Below are positions 1 to 4,992 of a stretch of 21,925 nt of DNA, in pieces (position 1 is the first letter of the stretch; every line of letters begins with the position of its first letter). The stretch is from the NCBI GenBank assembly GCA_027021705.1, contig JALUTT010000175.1, forward strand, positions 1-21,925, in the 5' to 3' direction. Both the position numbers and the translations under genes were made by a program. Under the pieces are notes generated by a model, which saw only the letters and a program-made list of their open reading frames with translations, was not told where the DNA came from and made no database searches. Source of the DNA: Anaerolineae bacterium. GTDB taxonomy: Bacteria; Chloroflexota; Anaerolineae; S140-20.

Positions 1-110
1 CGGAGCAGGAAGAGATAGTTGTCCCGAGTGCGGAAAATGGGTTGCCGATTGGCACCCCGGTTATAGATGTGGTAGTAGTGCCCCTGGACGAACTTGACTT
101 TGCGGGCCAT
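1..110 (-). CDS. REP-associated tyrosine transposase (RAYT)/IS200-like Y1 HUH transposase, 5' part only (runs off window)
   Basis: Not in the ORF track. Manual translation from ATG at 110 gives MARKVKFVQGHYYHIYNRGANRQPIFRTRDNYLFLLR. YYHIYNRGxNRQxIF is the typical N-terminus of Y1_Tnp/RAYT proteins. Strong SD (AGGAGG) just upstream, and a REP-like palindrome lies next to it. Confidence 0.85.
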   Translation of the reverse strand, partial: MARKVKFVQGHYYHIYNRGANRQPIFRTRDNYLFLL

Positions 111-129
111 ATCGCCTCCTTTAGGTGGT

Positions 130-162
130 AGGTGCGACGCACCTCCAAGGTGCGTCGCACCT
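130..162. repeat. REP-like palindrome, copy 1
   Basis: AGGTGCGACGCACCT-CCA-AGGTGCGTCGCACCT is a perfect 15-bp inverted repeat. Each arm is itself a 7-1-7 palindrome. GTAG at 128-131 overlaps its left end. It lies between the kinase stop codon and the RAYT start. Confidence 0.85.
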
Positions 163-167
163 TTTCC

Positions 168-2186
168 TCAGAGAGAAGACGTGGGCGACAGGCAGCACCG
201 AAACCCGCTGCTGCCGATCCGGTAGTCGGGATTGATCCTGATGCGATACGCGGAACGCACCCAATTCCGAAGATAGTACCACGAGCCGCCCCGCAGCACG
301 CGGTAGGTCTCGCCAAATTCAGTCCGTTGACAAGTGGTATGGGGATAGCCCTTGTACCAATCGGCGCACCATTCCCAGACGTTGCCGGCCATGTCGGCGC
401 AGCCGTAGGGGCTGTCGCCGGCCGGGCTGTAGGCTCCCACCGGCGTGGTGCGTGCCTGCCCTCCCCAGCCCTTTTTGCTCATTTCCCTCCACCACTTGTC
501 CCATTCGTCGTAGGTTCGCAGCGCCCGCCCGGCCCACTGTTCGGCGCTGTTGCACTTGCTGCTGGCCCACTTGTTCCCCCAGGGGTACAGCCGCCCGTCC
601 GTACCCCGGGCTGCCTTTTCCCACTCGGCCTCGGTGGGCAGGCGCAGGCCCGCCCATTCGCAGTAGGCCACAGCATCTTCCCAGCTGACCAGCACCACCG
701 GGTGATCCCCCAATCCCTGCGGGGGGCGCTTCCTTCTCCGGTCCCAGTTGTAGGGTCTGGCCCATTCGTATTCCTTGGGGTCCAGGTAGGGCACCCGGTG
801 GTCGGTCTCCTGGACGAAGCGGGCGTACTGGGCCTGGGTCACCGGGTAGCGGCCGATGTAGTAGGCCGGGAGGTCCACAGTGTGTTGAGGGGTGGCGTCC
901 ATATACCACTCTAGTTTTCCGCCGAATTCCTCGTGCCACCGTCTGGCCTCCTCCTCGCTGATGCCCATCGGGAACTCGCCGGCGGGGACCAGGCAGAACT
1001 CCATCCCCGCCTTTTTCCACCATACCCGCTCCGGGGGTTGGGGCAGGGCCAGCAGGTCGGTCAGGTTCTCCGGCGTGGCGATGACCAGGCCGGAGGGAGT
1101 GCGCTCCAGCCGGGCCAGGGCCAGGATCTCCTGGGCGCGGCTGTCCTCTTCCAATTCCAGCCACGCCTCGGCGGCCCGGCGGGCCTCTTCCCAGTGACCT
1201 CCCTCCACCGCCTGTTCCGCCTGCCGGCGCAGTTCGGCCAATCTCTGCGCCCGCGCCTCCTGCCTCCTTGCTTCCTCGAAGCGATGAACTATCTTGACGT
1301 GCTCCGGCTTCGCCTCCTGCCCCCTGCGTCTTGCTTCCTCTTCCTCCCGCTTCTTGCGCCTTGCCTCCTCCTCCAACGCCTCGGCCATCTCCTGGGCGCT
1401 CTCGAACCGCTCTTCCGGCTCGCGGGCCAGGGCGCGGGCCAACACCTCGACCAGCCAGTCGGGCACATCCGGTCGCAGGTCGCGCAGCCCCTTGCGGTGG
1501 CGCTGCGCTTTCTTGTAGGGTGTGCCGGTCAGCATCTCGAAAAGCACGCAGCCCACGGCAAAGAGGTCAGCCTGGGGCCAGAGGTAAGGCTCGCCCCGCG
1601 CCTGTTCCGGGGCCATATAGAGGGGCGTGCCGGGCGGCAGCCGTTCGGTCAGGGTGCGCAGGCTCTCCTCGCTCACCTGGGCCACGCCAAAGTCGGCCAG
1701 TTTGACCTGTCCCTTTTGGGTCAGCAGGATGTTGGAGGGCTTGATGTCGCGGTGGACAATGTCCCAGGGGTGCTCGTGCACCACCGTCAGAGCGTCCAGC
1801 ACCTGGCGGGTGATCCGGAGCACCTCCTCGATGGGCAGCGGCCCTTTCTCCTTGAGATAGTCGCGCAGGCTGGCGCCGTCCACGTACTCCATCACCAGGT
1901 AGTAGGCCTCTCCCTGGGCCAGCAGTTCGTAGACGTGGACGATGTGGAGGTGGTTGAACTGGGCCTGCACCCGCGCTTCCCGCTCGAAGCGGCGGCGGTA
2001 GTCGTCGAAGGCGGTGGTGGAGAGTTTGGGGTTGGCCGGGGAAAGTTCTTTGATGGCCACGGGTCGCTGCAAGCGAATGTCGTAGGCCCGGTAAACGTAG
2101 CCAAAGGCTCCCTCACCGATGAGGGATTCGATGCGATACTTGCCGCCGATGAGTGTGCCGGGGGAGAGGGTGAATGGCTTGGGCAT
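168..2186 (-). CDS. Ser/Thr protein kinase fused to a coiled-coil/TPR-like linker and a C-terminal FGE-sulfatase (SUMF1-like, C-type lectin fold) domain, 672 aa
   Basis: Hanks kinase motifs GEGAFG, VAIKE, HRDIKPSN, DFG and YMAPE. FGE motifs F.MG, P.H.V, Y.VT..QY, PV..VSW.DA.AYC.W, RLPTEAEWEKAARG, DMAGNVWEW and RGGSW...GFR. Start moved from 2300 to the ATG at 2186, which has an AAGGAG SD. Confidence 0.92.
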   Translation of the reverse strand: MPKPFTLSPGTLIGGKYRIESLIGEGAFGYVYRAYDIRLQRPVAIKELSPANPKLSTTAFDDYRRRFEREARVQAQFNHLHIVHVYELLAQGEAYYLVMEYVDGASLRDYLKEKGPLPIEEVLRITRQVLDALTVVHEHPWDIVHRDIKPSNILLTQKGQVKLADFGVAQVSEESLRTLTERLPPGTPLYMAPEQARGEPYLWPQADLFAVGCVLFEMLTGTPYKKAQRHRKGLRDLRPDVPDWLVEVLARALAREPEERFESAQEMAEALEEEARRKKREEEEARRRGQEAKPEHVKIVHRFEEARRQEARAQRLAELRRQAEQAVEGGHWEEARRAAEAWLELEEDSRAQEILALARLERTPSGLVIATPENLTDLLALPQPPERVWWKKAGMEFCLVPAGEFPMGISEEEARRWHEEFGGKLEWYMDATPQHTVDLPAYYIGRYPVTQAQYARFVQETDHRVPYLDPKEYEWARPYNWDRRRKRPPQGLGDHPVVLVSWEDAVAYCEWAGLRLPTEAEWEKAARGTDGRLYPWGNKWASSKCNSAEQWAGRALRTYDEWDKWWREMSKKGWGGQARTTPVGAYSPAGDSPYGCADMAGNVWEWCADWYKGYPHTTCQRTEFGETYRVLRGGSWYYLRNWVRSAYRIRINPDYRIGSSGFRCCLSPTSSL
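198..293 (-). other. Putative DGR variable region (VR) at the 3' end of the FGE/CLec domain
   Basis: RGGSW-YYLRNWVRSAYRIRINPDYRIGSS-GFR. The positions that are Asn (AAY) in typical DGR template repeats are NNY codons here (TAC TAT CTT AAT TAT ATC ATC AAT TAC ATC GGC AGC AGC). No template repeat or reverse transcriptase is in the window. Confidence 0.55.
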
Positions 2187-2251
2187 GGTGACTCCTTGGG
2201 CGTCAGATGTAACTATCCAGATGCAACGCGCTTTGGCGGTGCACAGGTGCC

Positions 2252-2284
2252 AGGTGCGACGCACTTTCAAAGTGCGTCGCACCT
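2252..2284. repeat. REP-like palindrome, copy 2
   Basis: AGGTGCGACGCACTTTCAAAGTGCGTCGCACCT matches copy 1 at 30/33 positions. The differences include a compensatory C-G to T-A pair. It overlaps the trypsin gene stop codon by 1 nt. Confidence 0.85.
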
Positions 2285-3102
2285 TATAGTTCATGACCAC
2301 AGTTGCGGCAGCGGCGGGCGTCGGCGGGCGATTCCAGGCGGCAGCGGGGGCAGACGACGGTGGGGGAGGTAGAGGCGTAGACAGGGGGCAGTCCGCCCTC
2401 TGACGGCCCTGATGGCGCGACGTTCACCACGTTGCCATCGCCGGTGATGATGATATTCCCCTCGGCGTTCCCGCCGATCTGGACGCTCCGCGCGTCGGAG
2501 GCGGGCGGTGGTTCAATTGGCTGGGAAACAGACAGGAGAGTTATCTCCGGCCACACCTCCTTCAACAATGCCGCCGGGATGCAGAAGGCGGCACGGACGC
2601 CGGAGGCCTGCTCGGCGCTCACCACCATCCCCACCACGCCGTGGACCTCGTCGTCCCACACCGGCCCCCCGCTGAAGCCGGGCCGGACGAAGTAGCCGGT
2701 GCCTTGGACGTCCTCGATTTGGAGCCAGCCGGCGTCGCCGATGGGGGCACGCAGCACGCCGGAGGCCCAAACGCCGCTCGGGTGGCCCGTCGGGAAGCCG
2801 AAGGCGCGGAAGGGGTGGCCCCAGGTTGTCTGGGGGGTCACCAGCCGGACTGGCTCCGCATCGGGCGGCGGGGCCTCCTCCGACCGCAGGACGGCCACGT
2901 CCCGTTGCGGGTCCCTGTGGACGACCCGGGCGAGGCGCTTGCGGCCTGGGGCGAGGAAGGGCCAGTCCAGCGCGACTTCGGTCGCCTCGCCGACCACGTG
3001 GTGGCAGGTGAGGATGGTGTCGGGCGCGGCCAGGAACCCCGCACCCACCACCCCGCCGGCCAGGCTGTAGATGCGGACGATGGCCTTCTCAAGGGCGAGC
3101 AT
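2284..3102 (-). CDS. Trypsin-like serine peptidase (Trypsin_2 type) with G/N/I/V-rich motif and C-terminal zinc ribbon, 272 aa
   Basis: Catalytic triad contexts LTCHH, RDVAVL and PGFSGGPV. C-terminal CPRC-x10-CRNC. GGAGG SD upstream. No signal peptide apparent. Confidence 0.88.
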   Translation of the reverse strand: MLALEKAIVRIYSLAGGVVGAGFLAAPDTILTCHHVVGEATEVALDWPFLAPGRKRLARVVHRDPQRDVAVLRSEEAPPPDAEPVRLVTPQTTWGHPFRAFGFPTGHPSGVWASGVLRAPIGDAGWLQIEDVQGTGYFVRPGFSGGPVWDDEVHGVVGMVVSAEQASGVRAAFCIPAALLKEVWPEITLLSVSQPIEPPPASDARSVQIGGNAEGNIIITGDGNVVNVAPSGPSEGGLPPVYASTSPTVVCPRCRLESPADARRCRNCGHEL

Positions 3103-3138
3103 AGGTTACCTCCGCTCCGTTTCGGGGAGGACGGCGCT

Positions 3139-3954
3139 CTATCCTACCCCGCACCTCACCACCTTCCACACCATCTCCTGCGTCAAGAGCCCCGGGTCTG
3201 CTCCCGGCCCCAGGAAGGGGCGCACGTCGTCCGCCACCCGATCCCAAGGCACCTCCTGCAGCCTCTCACACACCGCCTCCCGCCACGTCCTCTCCGTCAG
3301 CCTCGAACCGGTCCAGCCCGTCTGCCGAAGCGCGTTGTTGAGTAGGGTCAGATTGGGGGGAGGCCACCCGGGATCGCTCAGGTACCAGACCAGGTCGTAG
3401 AGGTCGCGCCCCTTCAGGTAGGGCCGCTGCAGGATAGCGTGCAGCTTCCCGGCCAGGAGCGAGGCCCGGTCGTGGTGCTGCAGGTGCAGCGTCACGTACC
3501 GTCGCACGACCGTCGTCTCCAACCCGGCTCCGGCCGGCGGGTTCGTATCCACCTCGACCTTGACCGCCAGCACTTCGTCCCGATGGGGGGAGAGGCCCAA
3601 TTCGTAGAGCAGCCCTGGGAAACGGATGAAGGCGCTGTGCACTACCTTCCGGTCGTTGACCTTGAAGGACAGGACGTACCCCTCGGCGGTCAACTCGGCT
3701 TCGATAGCCCGCAGGTAGGCGCGGAAGTCATATTGCTCCCGTGCCCGCTCCAGGGCGAAATCCAAGTCTTCCGAATACCGTGCACTGCCGTGGAGGAACC
3801 GCAGGGCGGTGCCGCCGTGAAAAGCCAGCGGCACCATCGCCCCGGCCCGCTGCATCGCCCCCAGGATGCGGGCCTGGAGGTACTCCCGCACCGCGTTGCG
3901 GGCCAACAGCGGCGTAGGTGCAGTACGGACCAACTCGGCCAAGTACTCCTTCAT
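3139..3954 (-). CDS. abiEii: Type IV toxin-antitoxin toxin, AbiEii/AbiGii-family nucleotidyltransferase
   Basis: FHGGTALR...RYSEDLDF, GKLHA and KGRDLYDL motifs. ATGA overlap with the upstream antitoxin. Confidence 0.9.
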   Translation of the reverse strand: MKEYLAELVRTAPTPLLARNAVREYLQARILGAMQRAGAMVPLAFHGGTALRFLHGSARYSEDLDFALERAREQYDFRAYLRAIEAELTAEGYVLSFKVNDRKVVHSAFIRFPGLLYELGLSPHRDEVLAVKVEVDTNPPAGAGLETTVVRRYVTLHLQHHDRASLLAGKLHAILQRPYLKGRDLYDLVWYLSDPGWPPPNLTLLNNALRQTGWTGSRLTERTWREAVCERLQEVPWDRVADDVRPFLGPGADPGLLTQEMVWKVVRCGVG

Positions 3955-4592
3955 AACAACCGGTACTCCTCCGCCTCGGCGCGGGCCAGGTCGGCGATCC
4001 GCTCTGCTGCCCGCGCCACCTTGGGCCGGTTGAACCTCTCGGCCATCCGGCGCAGCGCGTCCAGGTCGAGCCGGTCCAGGTTCTGCAGCCGCAGCTCCTG
4101 CAGGTACCCCGGCGCGTCACCCCCCGGCGTCAGGTAGACCAGGTCGAGCAGCGCCTTCTCCGGCGTAGCGACGAAGGCCGACTGGCCCGCCCCCAGGTCG
4201 AGCAGCCGGTAGCCGAAGAAGAGGGTGGGCCGGATGTGGCGGAAGACGAAAGCGCCCAGAGGGGTCTCCCAGAGGCCCGGCCGGGCGGTGGTCACGCTGG
4301 TGACGGTGGGAACGTACTCGGGGATGAGGCCGTAGTGGGCCAGCGCGGATTGGAGGCTGACGTAGGAGCCACGGGAGAGCCGGTTGGCGACGAGGAAGGG
4401 ATGGGGTTTGACCTTCCGGTAGGGCAAGGCAAGGGCGTAGAGGCCGCGACGGAGCTGGACGATCCGCCCGGCACGCACCCAGCGGGAGAGCTGGCGGCGC
4501 ACGTGGCGGGGGTCAACGCCCCCGGCCAGGAGAAGGCCCGTCTCGAAGACCGGCTCATCGCCGACAATGCGGAGCAGTTGCTCGAAAGTCAT
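3951..4592 (-). CDS. abiEi: Type IV toxin-antitoxin antitoxin, AbiEi-family transcriptional regulator
   Basis: N-terminal wHTH (LSRWVRAGRIVQLRRGLY), SYVSLQSALAHYGLIPE and ATPEKALLDLVY motifs. Start placed at ATG 4592 (MTFEQLL) instead of the ORF-track GTG at 4637. Confidence 0.88.
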   Translation of the reverse strand: MTFEQLLRIVGDEPVFETGLLLAGGVDPRHVRRQLSRWVRAGRIVQLRRGLYALALPYRKVKPHPFLVANRLSRGSYVSLQSALAHYGLIPEYVPTVTSVTTARPGLWETPLGAFVFRHIRPTLFFGYRLLDLGAGQSAFVATPEKALLDLVYLTPGGDAPGYLQELRLQNLDRLDLDALRRMAERFNRPKVARAAERIADLARAEAEEYRLL

Positions 4593-4598
4593 ATCATT

Positions 4599-4627
4599 AT
4601 GATGCCATAGATGGCAAATTCCCGCAA
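4599..4627 (-). promoter_or_regulatory. Candidate leaderless sigma70 promoter of abiE, overlapped by an inverted-repeat operator
   Basis: Minus strand reads TTGCGG-17 nt-(TGg)CATCAT-6 nt-ATG with no SD. Palindrome TGCCAT-AG-ATGGCA at 4603-4616. A second candidate, TTGTGA-16-TACAAT, lies at 4693-4720. Confidence 0.45.
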
Positions 4628-4761
4628 CCAAATTCACCGAAACGCGGAGGGGCGAAACGGCGAAAACGGGTCGGCGTCCTCTTGCCTATTCCATTGTACT
4701 CAATCCTGACCTTTTCACAAGGGGGCTGGGGGGGTAGAATCACTGAGACGGGGAATAAGCC

Positions 4762-4992
4762 AACGAATGGTCAACGAATAAACGAATAGGCCACCCGTGG
4801 ATTCGTTCATTCGTTCCCCCATTCGTTTATTCGTTCCTTCATTCGTTGACCCGTCTATTCGTTCCCTCATTCGTTGACCACATTCGTTGCCCATCCATTC
4901 GTTGATTCGTTGATTCGTTGATTCGTTCATTCGTTCATTCGTTGACTCGTTCATTCGTTTATTCGTTCCCTCATTCGTTGACCCCATCCGTT
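4762..4992. repeat. AACGAAT/ATTCGTT heptamer array in inverted arrangement
   Basis: 3 copies of AACGAAT (4762-4787), then 17 exact ATTCGTT copies plus 2 variants (4801-4992) with 1-9 nt spacers. It overlaps the last codons and stop of the 4971-8276 gene. Confidence 0.95.

Noticed and set aside
168..1010. True formylglycine-generating enzyme or EgtB
   Set aside because: The catalytic Cys pair of FGE after RGGS is absent, and the domain is fused to a kinase, so a binding role is more likely.
2187..2300. ORF-track N-terminal extension of the kinase (KVRRTLKVRRT)
   Set aside because: It is the translated REP palindrome. The SD supports ATG 2186. Kept only in the frameshift hypothesis.
1..4630. 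Complete DGR cassette
   Set aside because: No reverse transcriptase, Avd or template repeat is visible in the window.
4762..4992. CRISPR array, or the 90-aa ORF 4715-4987
   Set aside because: Units are 7 nt with 1-9 nt spacers and no cas genes are present. The ORF is just the translation of the repeat (TNE/RMN).
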